64,000 nt of DNA from a bacterium (GTDB lineage Bacteria > Patescibacteriota > Minisyncoccia > Phycocordibacterales > Zambryskibacteraceae). Each line of letters starts with the position of its first letter. Position 1 is the first letter of the stretch. The stretch spans positions 96,001-160,000 of the forward strand of contig JAUSGI010000008.1 of the NCBI GenBank assembly GCA_030649135.1, in the 5' to 3' direction. The notes under the pieces were generated by a model that saw only the letters and a program-made list of their open reading frames with translations, had not been told where the DNA came from and did no database searches. Position numbers and translations under genes: made by a program. Positions 19,058-27,661 of this stretch are shown here, piece by piece.

Positions 19058-19734
19058 ACGAAATATTTGCCGGCTTTTTCATCGCGGACAATCTTGCCTC
19101 GATTCATGGCCACGACGCGCTTCTTCAACAAATCAATTATACCTTTATTGTGCGTGGCGAGTATGACGGTGGTGCCAAGATCGTTAATCTTTTTTAATAT
19201 CTGCACTATGTCGTAGGTATTGGCTGGGTCAAGATTGCCTGTCGGCTCATCGGCAATAATGATATCCGGTTCGTTGACCAAGGCGCGGGCAATAGCTACT
19301 CGCTGCTTCTCACCGCCCGAGAGTTCGCGCGGAAAATTCCAAATCTTCGGCATCAAGTCTACCAATTCAAGAACATGGGGAACATCCGACTCTATCTCAC
19401 TATCCGTTCGACCAGCTGCTTCCATGGTGAAGGCGATATTCTCGTAGACGGTCTTATTGGGCAGAAGCCGAAAATCTTGGAAAACCATGCCCACTTTTCT
19501 GCGAAAGGCATCAATTTCTTTCTTGTTGAGAGTGTGGATATTGGTAGATTCGTAATACACGGAACCTTCGGTCGGCTTTTCTTCCGCGAGAAAAAGTTTC
19601 AAGAGTGTGGTTTTGCCGGCACCGGATGGTCCGACGATAGAGATAAATTCCTCCGGCTCGATTGAGAGCGTTACCTCCTCCAGAGCTATGGAATTATCGG
19701 GATAAATTTTAGACACACGGTCAAAAACAATCAT
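19054..19734 (-). CDS. ftsE: cell-division ATP-binding protein FtsE
   Basis: [27 protein letters not shown], Walker B; 226 aa. Confidence 0.92.
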   Translation of the reverse strand: MIVFDRVSKIYPDNSIALEEVTLSIEPEEFISIVGPSGAGKTTLLKLFLAEEKPTEGSVYYESTNIHTLNKKEIDAFRRKVGMVFQDFRLLPNKTVYENIAFTMEAAGRTDSEIESDVPHVLELVDLMPKIWNFPRELSGGEKQRVAIARALVNEPDIIIADEPTGNLDPANTYDIVQILKKINDLGTTVILATHNKGIIDLLKKRVVAMNRGKIVRDEKAGKYFV

Positions 19735-19796
19735 GTCTCTCTATTCTATCATGCGACTATCCGCCCAACAAGATAAAATATGCTATATTATCAACA

Positions 19797-20384
19797 ATGA
19801 AGGGACGAATTATCGTTATAATTGCTGTTTGCGCCGCTGGGATAATATTTTTTATTAGCACTTACCCATCGAAAACCGTGCGGTCTTTCCCGAACCCTGA
19901 TTTACCCCTTGTCTCCCCTGTGCTCTCTGCTCCGCCCATAGACATACTATCCGGTAATGACCCGCTATTGGCTACCCGAGCATGGATGACCTTCCAGAAC
20001 TATCTGGAATTTGCCCGCACTCATAATCTACCAGGGATAAAAAGTTTGTCTCATCAAATTTCCGACACATGTAATGACCCTGTAAAAGAGCAGAGGTGTT
20101 TCGCTCTGATGGACAGCGTGTACATTATGGCTAGTAAACTAAAGATGGACGAATTCAAACATATCCAAGCAGACCGACGCCAGATTATGATGTTTACAGA
20201 TGGACCGATAGTGGCAATTCTTTATTTCACCAGAGATGAAAGCCTTACTCCCAAGATGCTCGGCCTTAGGTTTTGTTTCGAAGAGACAACGACACCGGGA
20301 AGATGTGTCGAGGCTGATCCCAAACTGCGCGACCAGGATGGCAACGGCTGGTGGGACAACGTTGAATCACTTTTCTACCGTTAG
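19797..20384 (+). CDS. hypothetical membrane-anchored protein
   Basis: N-terminal TM; no recognisable domain. Confidence 0.4.
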   Translation: MKGRIIVIIAVCAAGIIFFISTYPSKTVRSFPNPDLPLVSPVLSAPPIDILSGNDPLLATRAWMTFQNYLEFARTHNLPGIKSLSHQISDTCNDPVKEQRCFALMDSVYIMASKLKMDEFKHIQADRRQIMMFTDGPIVAILYFTRDESLTPKMLGLRFCFEETTTPGRCVEADPKLRDQDGNGWWDNVESLFYR

Positions 20385-20398
20385 TTCAAATACGCTTC

Positions 20399-20824
20399 CT
20401 AGGACCTGTCGGTACTTTTCAATGCCAAGAGAGCCAACACCAGAATATAAACAATGTGTTCGTCAAGCAGAGGATGGTTGGCAGGCGGGAAAGCGGCCAA
20501 ATACATTAACAAGAACATAAGACTGCCGGCAAGTGCTCCCCAGACAACCTTCCTATTAAGTAATAGGGTAAGTCCCACGGAGAGAAGTCCCAGCATAAAG
20601 AGCCAATCAACCACGGGCATCCCGGAGAGACCCTTGAAAAATTCCGCCAAAGGCCCACGGGTGGCATTCATTAAGAATCCAGAAGTGGGCGAACCGCCGT
20701 TAATCCAAGCTTTTTCGCTTGTGGTGGCAAAGCCGAGTCCGAACAACTTATCGACAAACGCCCAAAGGAAAATTAGACCCATTGATAAACGTAGCGCGAG
20801 CCAAACAATTTTTTTCTTCTTCAT
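20399..20824 (-). CDS. DoxX-family membrane protein
   Basis: LSMGLIFLWAFVDKLFG motif and 4 TM. Confidence 0.55.
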   Translation of the reverse strand: MKKKKIVWLALRLSMGLIFLWAFVDKLFGLGFATTSEKAWINGGSPTSGFLMNATRGPLAEFFKGLSGMPVVDWLFMLGLLSVGLTLLLNRKVVWGALAGSLMFLLMYLAAFPPANHPLLDEHIVYILVLALLALKSTDRS

Positions 20825-20865
20825 ATGCGCTTATTATAACATGTGATAAAATGTAATATCATATT

Positions 20866-21282
20866 ATGTGGATAGGTTACGCTTTATTGTCAGCTATCTT
20901 TGCGGCCGCGGTCGCTATTCTTGCTAAAATCGGCCTGAAAAATGTTGACTCGACTCTGGCAACCACTATCAGAGCTGTGGTTATGGCGCTTTTTCTCCTC
21001 GGTGCCGCTCTTGTATTGCAGAAATTCTCGCTCATCAAAACTGTCGGCAATCAAACTCTGACTTTTATTGTCTTTTCCGGCGTGGCCGGAGCTCTCTCCT
21101 GGCTCTTTTACTTCCTCGCTCTTAAATACGGTCCGGCTACCGGTGTAGCCGCTTTAGATAGACTAAGTGTCGTCTTTGTCGTCATTCTCGCCGCCATATT
21201 TCTCGGTGAAGCTCTAACCTTTAAATCCGTCACCGGTCTAGTATTACTTGTCCTCGGAGCCCTTCTCCTCGTCTGGAAGTGA
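20866..21282 (+). CDS. EamA-like small membrane transporter (DMT superfamily half-size)
   Basis: 4 TM, ALLSAIFAAAVAILAKIGL N-terminus typical of EamA/DUF6. Confidence 0.5.
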   Translation: MWIGYALLSAIFAAAVAILAKIGLKNVDSTLATTIRAVVMALFLLGAALVLQKFSLIKTVGNQTLTFIVFSGVAGALSWLFYFLALKYGPATGVAALDRLSVVFVVILAAIFLGEALTFKSVTGLVLLVLGALLLVWK

Positions 21283-21289
21283 AAAAGTC

Positions 21290-21574
21290 CTACTTATCCA
21301 ACTTTTTATAAAGAGTACCGGTAAAAATAAGGATTACAAGACCAATTAAAAATAAATACCACGGGTTATTCTCGAATATCAATACGCTTCTGATAATCCC
21401 TTTCACCCCTTCAGAGACTGCAACAGCGCCGAAAAGTGCAAGCAGAGCAAAGGTGAGCGGATACCTTTTAAAAACAGATTGACCCTTCTTCCCCGCCATA
21501 TTATTTACCTCCTCAGTCAGTTTCTCTAAATCTTTCAGTAAGTCAAGCTGACTACGCGGTTCTGATTCGTTCAT
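21290..21574 (-). CDS. hypothetical small membrane protein
   Basis: 2 TM, 94 aa. Confidence 0.4.
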   Translation of the reverse strand: MNESEPRSQLDLLKDLEKLTEEVNNMAGKKGQSVFKRYPLTFALLALFGAVAVSEGVKGIIRSVLIFENNPWYLFLIGLVILIFTGTLYKKLDK

Positions 21575-21608
21575 GGGTATATTCTAACAGAGTTTAGATT
21601 TCATACAC

Positions 21609-22178
21609 TCATTGCATCTCCAACACGGCTTCTAGAGCTGATGGTAGACTGCTTACTCCGTCACTGCCGCTAAAATGCCCCTTGTTGTGTTCTACGATTA
21701 TCTTGGCCCCGGCCTTTTCTTTCCAGGATTCCTGATTTTCCGCTAAAACAAAAGGGTCATTATCTGAAAAGATAGCAACCGCTTTGTTTACCACTCTTTT
21801 TACTTTCTCATCGTTGCGTGGCGTATTGACCCATGGTCCGGCAATTCTTTCTTCCTCTTCAGTCTCCAGATTACGAAGATTGTAAAACCCAGCTACGAAT
21901 ACAGCCCCGCCAATTTTAACTCCTTCCGGCAAAGTTTCGAGATACCTGATAATGGCCTGGCAGCCGATACTATGTCCAATAAAAAATGTATTGATATCGG
22001 CTGTTCCCACTAAGTTACTCAAAAATGGAATCCATGTTTCTATCTTTGGTTCTGACGGGTCTGGCATTGCTGGCACAAAAACTTCGAAACCTCTGGCTTC
22101 TAGTTCTTTCTTCAACCACGGAAACCAGCATTCTTCGGGATGACCATCCCAACCGTGAATTATGTAGACTCTTTTCAT
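21609..22178 (-). CDS. alpha/beta hydrolase (RBBP9/YdeN-like serine hydrolase)
   Basis: VYIIHGW..., GHSIGC nucleophile elbow; start set at MKRVYIIHGW. Confidence 0.6.
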   Translation of the reverse strand: MKRVYIIHGWDGHPEECWFPWLKKELEARGFEVFVPAMPDPSEPKIETWIPFLSNLVGTADINTFFIGHSIGCQAIIRYLETLPEGVKIGGAVFVAGFYNLRNLETEEEERIAGPWVNTPRNDEKVKRVVNKAVAIFSDNDPFVLAENQESWKEKAGAKIIVEHNKGHFSGSDGVSSLPSALEAVLEMQ

Positions 22179-22183
22179 ATAAA

Positions 22184-22744
22184 TTACTTTTGGGCGCTCA
22201 TAATAAAACACGGCGGAATATTACGAAGTTCAAATTGAGTATTAACGGCATCTTTATTAAAGTATTTATTCAGTAGGCCAAGCATTAGCGGAGAATACTG
22301 GTGAAAGACGATAAATTTACCGGTACTCTTGAGCATTGCGAATGTATCACCCACTATTTTTTCCCGCTCAAGAGACTTCAAGATGGAAAAGGGGATGCTG
22401 GAAACTACTAAATCGATAGTGGCCTCGTTCCTGCGGCTTAATTCTCGGGAGGCTTCTTGGGCTGTTCCTTTGATAATTTTCAGTCGGGAATCTTCTATAT
22501 TTTTTAAAACTTTCAAAAACTTTGGATTCGTTTCCACCACGATAAGCTCTCCATCTTCCGGCATTCTTTTCAGTATCTCCATTGTCAGCACCCCGTCCCC
22601 GGGGCCATATTCTACTACCCGGCGCAGTGCCCTACCGTCAAACTGGCGCACCACAGCGTTCACCACATATTTAGAACTACGCGTTAGCGCGCCGATTTGA
22701 CTGTCCAGGAAAGCGACCTTGAAAAAATTTAATTGTTCCAGCAT
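22184..22744 (-). CDS. class I SAM-dependent methyltransferase
   Basis: VVEYGPGDGVLT (motif I), ELIVVETNP. Confidence 0.55.
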   Translation of the reverse strand: MLEQLNFFKVAFLDSQIGALTRSSKYVVNAVVRQFDGRALRRVVEYGPGDGVLTMEILKRMPEDGELIVVETNPKFLKVLKNIEDSRLKIIKGTAQEASRELSRRNEATIDLVVSSIPFSILKSLEREKIVGDTFAMLKSTGKFIVFHQYSPLMLGLLNKYFNKDAVNTQFELRNIPPCFIMSAQK

Positions 22745-22748
22745 GTTG

Positions 22749-23324
22749 TCAGACTACGCGGAGGAGGAAAAGTAGTATTTCTTTCCCCAGAAAGATATAG
22801 ACCGCGCAAGTTATCCCTTCTCCAATAAATACCCCCAGCAGAAACTTTTTTTTATCTATCTTCAGCGAACCGCAAACATAGCATATGACATCGGTGGGCG
22901 TGAATGGAAGCATACTCCAAAGGATAACGATTGGCAATTCATTTTTCTCGATTACCGACTTTAATTTGGCTATCTGTGTGGGATATTTGCGTTCGAAAAA
23001 TTCGCTTAAGTGGAGAAATTCAGAGAAGTAATAGACAACGATGGAAGATACCATAATGCCAACTAGGGTTAGGATAAAAAGCGGCTTTAAGGGCAGGAAT
23101 AAAAGTCCCAGTATTATTAAATAGGTTACCGGAATCAGAGTAAAACCGCGTAGGCATCCTAATACTAAATAAACCCAGTAACGTACATAAAGGGGTGCAT
23201 CCACTACTCTGGTTATCTGCTCCACGATGAATCCTCTCTGGAAAAAATACAAATAAAACGCCGCAATAATTACGAGAAGCCATATATCTCTAGCGACGAG
23301 CTTTGTTTGGGAGTGAGTTTCCAA
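22749..23324 (-). CDS. DedA/TVP38-like membrane protein
   Basis: Polytopic membrane protein of the right size and hydropathy; weak motif support. Confidence 0.4.
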   Translation of the reverse strand: METHSQTKLVARDIWLLVIIAAFYLYFFQRGFIVEQITRVVDAPLYVRYWVYLVLGCLRGFTLIPVTYLIILGLLFLPLKPLFILTLVGIMVSSIVVYYFSEFLHLSEFFERKYPTQIAKLKSVIEKNELPIVILWSMLPFTPTDVICYVCGSLKIDKKKFLLGVFIGEGITCAVYIFLGKEILLFLLRVV

Positions 23325-23371
23325 GAGTTTTGCTAGTAGTAATTCCTAAATCTTCATTTTTTATCTTACCA

Positions 23372-23608
23372 TCAGGTGCGAACTTGTTCTTGAATCCTTT
23401 TTAGGTTTTGCGAAGCCTCATTGTATCGTTCCTCAACAGTATCGTGTAACCAAGCTGATGAAATCTCTTGATTATTACCACCCGATTCTTTAACTAGACC
23501 CGCAACTTCTGCCAAGTGAAAAATGTATGGTGTTTTTGCTTCGTCATTGCGCACATGGTCCTTGTGTGCGTGCGATGCGAATTCTTTTGCTTTTGTAATT
23601 ATGTCCAT
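23372..23608 (-). pseudogene. HD-domain fragment resembling the Rel/SpoT hydrolase N-terminus (78 aa, likely truncated)
   Basis: AKEFASHAHKDHVRNDEAKTPYIFHLAEVAGLV...AWLHDTVEE parallels the Rel N-terminus at 37.4 kb. It is too short for a complete HD fold. Confidence 0.4.
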
Positions 23609-23646
23609 ATTTTTGATGTTTCTTAGAGTCCGAACCTGTCTCTACA

Positions 23647-24378
23647 CTAGAGATCTACTCGGTGTAATCCTTTTTTCTTTATTAGACTGCCTAGAAAGAT
23701 GCAATTGCGGCCATGCTTCCCGTTGACGAATATTTCATCGCACTCACATTCACCAAGAACACCTTTAAAGTACTCGTAGTCCATCTCTTTGGGCGCAAAG
23801 ATTACAATATCATTCGTTATAAACTCTTTGATATCAGAAATCAATTTAGCTAAGTCAGGATTTACTAGAGACCTTTTTTCTGCCGAATAGTTTGGATATT
23901 TCTCAGGGTACCAGTAAGGAATATCGTAAATAACAATATCCGCAGCAATACTTTTGAGTAAATCGGTATCAGTCACATCTCCCAAAACTAATTTAACTTT
24001 TTCAAGCAGACCTGCTTTTTCTAAATTTTCTCGACATGCTTCCAATACTTTTTTATCTATATCGACACCAATAGCTCCCTTGAACACTGGTGCTAAACGT
24101 TCAAGTGTAACACCAACCGCACAGCAGAGTTCGAGTAAAATCTTATTCGTATTGCCAATGCGTTCTCCAAGCCATTTTGCAGCCGTAGGATTGTTGGATA
24201 GGTAGAGAGATAATGCATCACCAGCGATATCTTCCCGGTATCCTCTTTTTTGTATGAGTAAACTACGAACGTTATCGTACATAATCTCTATTTTAACAGA
24301 TTTAGGCTTCAACAATAGACACCTGCGATTTTTGACAATTTCAAATTTTTTAAGAGATTTTCCCGAAGAAGTCCTCAA
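23647..24378 (-). CDS. SAM-dependent methyltransferase (RNA methylase-like)
   Basis: GVDIDKKVLEACRENLE..., VIYDIPYW; class I MTase fold. The start may be the internal MYDNV. Confidence 0.5.
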   Translation of the reverse strand: MRTSSGKSLKKFEIVKNRRCLLLKPKSVKIEIMYDNVRSLLIQKRGYREDIAGDALSLYLSNNPTAAKWLGERIGNTNKILLELCCAVGVTLERLAPVFKGAIGVDIDKKVLEACRENLEKAGLLEKVKLVLGDVTDTDLLKSIAADIVIYDIPYWYPEKYPNYSAEKRSLVNPDLAKLISDIKEFITNDIVIFAPKEMDYEYFKGVLGECECDEIFVNGKHGRNCIFLGSLIKKKGLHRVDL

Positions 24379-25210
24379 GTCCCTGATGATTCATTGTATC
24401 GTCATAACCCTGCTGGATCGTCTGAGACAAACAGTTAAACCTGGTGTCTATTCTGAAAATTGGTAAGTTCTTCTTTGGCTGAATTACAGCAATGTTTTTC
24501 TTCTGGCGTATTTTCTCAATAAGATTGGGTATTTGCTCGTAGTGAGCGGGCATGCTCCAAATCGCTTCCTGTAGTGCAGTTGTTTCATCGCGTATGAGAA
24601 GCCAGCGTAAAATTTTACGGAAGAAAAACATTTTAGGCAACGGCATAGGCGGTCTTGTAAGAACTATCAGGATATTATCTTCATCAAAAACTCTTTCTAG
24701 CCCAGAAACACTACCAATAGTGCCGTCATAGTAACACCGGCCCCCAAAACAAACCTTTCCTTCAGAAAAATAAGGAACGGCACAGCTTGATCTTAATAGT
24801 TCATAAAAATTTATTGGATCATCTTTCGAGAAAAAAACAGAAGTTCCAGTTTCAGCATCGGTAACGCCAATTTCTAATTTAGTTGGGTTACTCTTAAATG
24901 CGGGAAGATTTAATGGATATCGCTTTTGAAGCATTTCATCGATAAGAAAATTAATGTTCATGACACGTTTACCGATGGGGAATTTCCAGGGAGTAACAAA
25001 TTTACCAGATCTTACTAAGTCCTCCCAAATCGGTTGGATGAGATTCTCCTGGCCGCTGACAAGATACGAATATACTGCTGCTGCACCTGAGCTTGCTACA
25101 ATACGATGGAGTTTTTTAAAGCCGTATCTCTTCCCAAGTGCGGACACGACTCCAGCATGATAGGCAGTAATCATTCCGCCGCCCTGCCCAATGATACAAA
25201 ATTGATTCAT
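24350..25210 (-). CDS. patatin-like phospholipase
   Basis: GQGGGM oxyanion loop, ASSGAA (GxSxG) and the DG(T) catalytic dyad motif. Confidence 0.8.
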   Translation of the reverse strand: MNQFCIIGQGGGMITAYHAGVVSALGKRYGFKKLHRIVASSGAAAVYSYLVSGQENLIQPIWEDLVRSGKFVTPWKFPIGKRVMNINFLIDEMLQKRYPLNLPAFKSNPTKLEIGVTDAETGTSVFFSKDDPINFYELLRSSCAVPYFSEGKVCFGGRCYYDGTIGSVSGLERVFDEDNILIVLTRPPMPLPKMFFFRKILRWLLIRDETTALQEAIWSMPAHYEQIPNLIEKIRQKKNIAVIQPKKNLPIFRIDTRFNCLSQTIQQGYDDTMNHQGLEDFFGKIS

Positions 25211-25212
25211 TT

Positions 25213-25286
25213 TGGCTGCGGGACTTGGATTCGAACCAAGATACTCGCCTTCAAAGGGCGATGTCCTACCATTAGACGATCCCGCA
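25213..25286 (-). tRNA. tRNA-Gln(TTG), CCA encoded
   Basis: TGCGGGA.../...TCCCGCAGCCA, anticodon stem TCGCC/GGCGA, loop CTTTGAA. Confidence 0.88.
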
Positions 25287-25335
25287 ATAGGTCCAATTTA
25301 TCAAAATTCTATCCCTTTCGCCACCTCCATAAAAT

Positions 25336-25605
25336 CTATTCTAGTGTTCTCAAGAACTTAAGAATAGATTTGCCATCATCAGTTAAAGCATGGCGCACAC
25401 TATTATTATCATTCCTTTTCATCACAATACCAGAAAGCGCTAACCGCCGGATATGATCTGCCCCTGTTTTGTAATTTATTATCAACATGTCAGATATCTC
25501 CGTGACTGACAACTCGGGAGATTTGGCTAATAACTCCATTATTTCTATCCTTCTATGGTTTGAAAACCCTCTAACTAATTTTTGCAGTTGTTTAGGTTTT
25601 CTCAT
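25336..25605 (-). CDS. ArsR/SmtB-family HTH transcriptional regulator
   Basis: HRRIEIMELLAKSPELSVTEISDML winged-helix signature. Confidence 0.7.
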   Translation of the reverse strand: MRKPKQLQKLVRGFSNHRRIEIMELLAKSPELSVTEISDMLIINYKTGADHIRRLALSGIVMKRNDNNSVRHALTDDGKSILKFLRTLE

Positions 25606-25637
25606 TCTATACTGGTGTTCTTGAGAACATAAGAATG

Positions 25638-26681
25638 CTATTTGACAGTGTCGGCGAGAGCAAGCTCGAGAGCCAGTTCTGGGATACTGGTGCGGCCGGA
25701 GTCTTCGTAAGCAGTAATGAAGCGCAGGAGAACGTCGGCAGTTAGGTCAGTCCCAGCTTTGTCTCTAAGGGTTTGCAAAAACTTAAAGTCATCTTCACTA
25801 ACTTCTCCGGCAATATATTCGTCCATACCTGCTTTGAGCCGCAGGAGAAAGAGGAAACGCAGGCGCTCGAGAATAAGTTTGGCGAAAAGTTTCATCTCGG
25901 CATTGGCTCCGGCGGCGCTCTGGATTGCTTTCATCCCCTTTTCTAAATCTTTTTCGACAATCGATTCGAGAATCTGGCGCACCAGCTCCGCTTTCGGCGC
26001 ACCAGTTACTTGTTCTATCTCCTCTCTGGTTATCTTCTTACTTTTGGTAGAAGAAAGCACTTTTTCCAAAATCCCATGCGCATCGCGGAAAGAGCCGTCA
26101 CCCAGTAGCGCCACCAGTTCCGCCGCGGCCGGCTCAAGCGCTGCGCCCTCCTTTTTCGCCACCGAGAGTGCGAAATCTTTGAGCGTCGCTTGATTGGGTT
26201 GTTTGAACGAAAAAGTTTGGCAACGAGAAATCACCGTCTCCGGCACTTTCTCAAGTTCGGTGGTAGCTAAGATGAAGACCACATGCGCCGGTGGTTCCTC
26301 AAGAGTCTTTAGAAACGCGTTCCAGGCATCTTTGGTAAGCATGTGCACTTCGTCGATAATGTAGACCTTATATTTGGACTCGAATGGCAAAGTATTGACC
26401 GATTCCCGAATCTCCCGCACGTCGTCGATACCACGGTTGGAAGCGGCGTCCATCTCGACGAGGTCATTGGCCGAGGTGCCAATTTCTCGCGACAAAATTC
26501 TCGCCATGGAAGTCTTGCCGGTACCTCGTGAGCCAGAGAAAAGGTAGGCATGGGAAATATTGCCGAGTTTGATTGCCCCTTCCAAAACTTTGACAATATG
26601 ACCCTGCCCGATAATATCTCCAAAGGTTTGGGGACGATATTTGCGGTAAAGCACTCCCCCGCTCTTCTCTCCTTTTTTCAT
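25638..26681 (-). CDS. dnaX: DNA polymerase III subunit gamma/tau (short form)
   Basis: HAYLFSGSRGTGKTSMARIL, IIDEVHML, SRCQ sensor. Confidence 0.9.
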   Translation of the reverse strand: MKKGEKSGGVLYRKYRPQTFGDIIGQGHIVKVLEGAIKLGNISHAYLFSGSRGTGKTSMARILSREIGTSANDLVEMDAASNRGIDDVREIRESVNTLPFESKYKVYIIDEVHMLTKDAWNAFLKTLEEPPAHVVFILATTELEKVPETVISRCQTFSFKQPNQATLKDFALSVAKKEGAALEPAAAELVALLGDGSFRDAHGILEKVLSSTKSKKITREEIEQVTGAPKAELVRQILESIVEKDLEKGMKAIQSAAGANAEMKLFAKLILERLRFLFLLRLKAGMDEYIAGEVSEDDFKFLQTLRDKAGTDLTADVLLRFITAYEDSGRTSIPELALELALADTVK

Positions 26682-27661
26682 GAACGTAGTATATCAGATA
26701 CTATTTTGTTAACCTCGTTTGCGTTGTTCGTTTCCATAAGTTTGGCGCGTAAATCCCCTGCTTTATCAAAGCCCGTAACGTAGGCCTTAAAATGTTTCTT
26801 CATCACAGAAAAGTTTTTGTACCCACCGAGCAGTTCTTCAAATAACTTTGTGTGCTCAACCAGCACCCGCAGTTTTTCTTCGGTTGCCGGAACATATCCT
26901 TCCACAAATAGCCACGGGTTTCCGAAAATGGCCCGGCCGAGCATGACACCATCACAGCCCGTCTCTTCGACTCTCATCCTTGCTTCTTTCAAATCTTTAA
27001 CATCCCCATTACCCAAAATTAAAGTGTCTTTACCACTTGCATCACGAATCTCGACTGCCAGTTTGACAAACTCCCAACGAGCGGGCACCTTCGACATTTC
27101 TTTCCTGGTACGAGCATGAATGGTAACCATCGCCACTCCCTCTTTAAGCATTTCTGACAGCCAGCTCTCCAGGTCAGGACGACTGTACCCTATACGAGTT
27201 TTGACCGAGACAGGTAGTGTGCTAGCCCCTTCTTTAGCCGCCCTTACAAGCTCCCGAGCCAGCACCACGTTCTTCATAAGTGATGCGCCGGCACCTTGTT
27301 TCTCGATACTTTTGTCCGGACAACCCATATTTATATCGACACCATCAAAGCCAAGCTCCTTTGCGAGCTCGGCGGCTTTTTTCATATGTTCCGGAGAGGA
27401 GGTAAAGAATTGCGCCACGATTGGCCGCTCCGCTTCGCTATATTCCAGATTCTTCAAAAGTTTCTTTTTCCCCTCTTCCGGCGCAAGTGCCAAGCCGTCG
27501 GCAGAAGTAAATTCTGTCCACATCACGGCGGGTTTACCCCGCCCACCTAGGCGGGGCGAGCCGTACTTAGCGATTATTCTGCGAAAAGCGGCATCCGTAA
27601 CATCCGCCATGGGAGCGAGGACGAAAACAGGTTTTTCTATTTTCTGCCAGAAATTATCCAT
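26678..27661 (-). CDS. tRNA-dihydrouridine synthase
   Basis: VLAPMADVTDAAFR..., GVDINMGCP, TIHARTR motifs. Confidence 0.9.
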   Translation of the reverse strand: MDNFWQKIEKPVFVLAPMADVTDAAFRRIIAKYGSPRLGGRGKPAVMWTEFTSADGLALAPEEGKKKLLKNLEYSEAERPIVAQFFTSSPEHMKKAAELAKELGFDGVDINMGCPDKSIEKQGAGASLMKNVVLARELVRAAKEGASTLPVSVKTRIGYSRPDLESWLSEMLKEGVAMVTIHARTRKEMSKVPARWEFVKLAVEIRDASGKDTLILGNGDVKDLKEARMRVEETGCDGVMLGRAIFGNPWLFVEGYVPATEEKLRVLVEHTKLFEELLGGYKNFSVMKKHFKAYVTGFDKAGDLRAKLMETNNANEVNKIVSDILRS

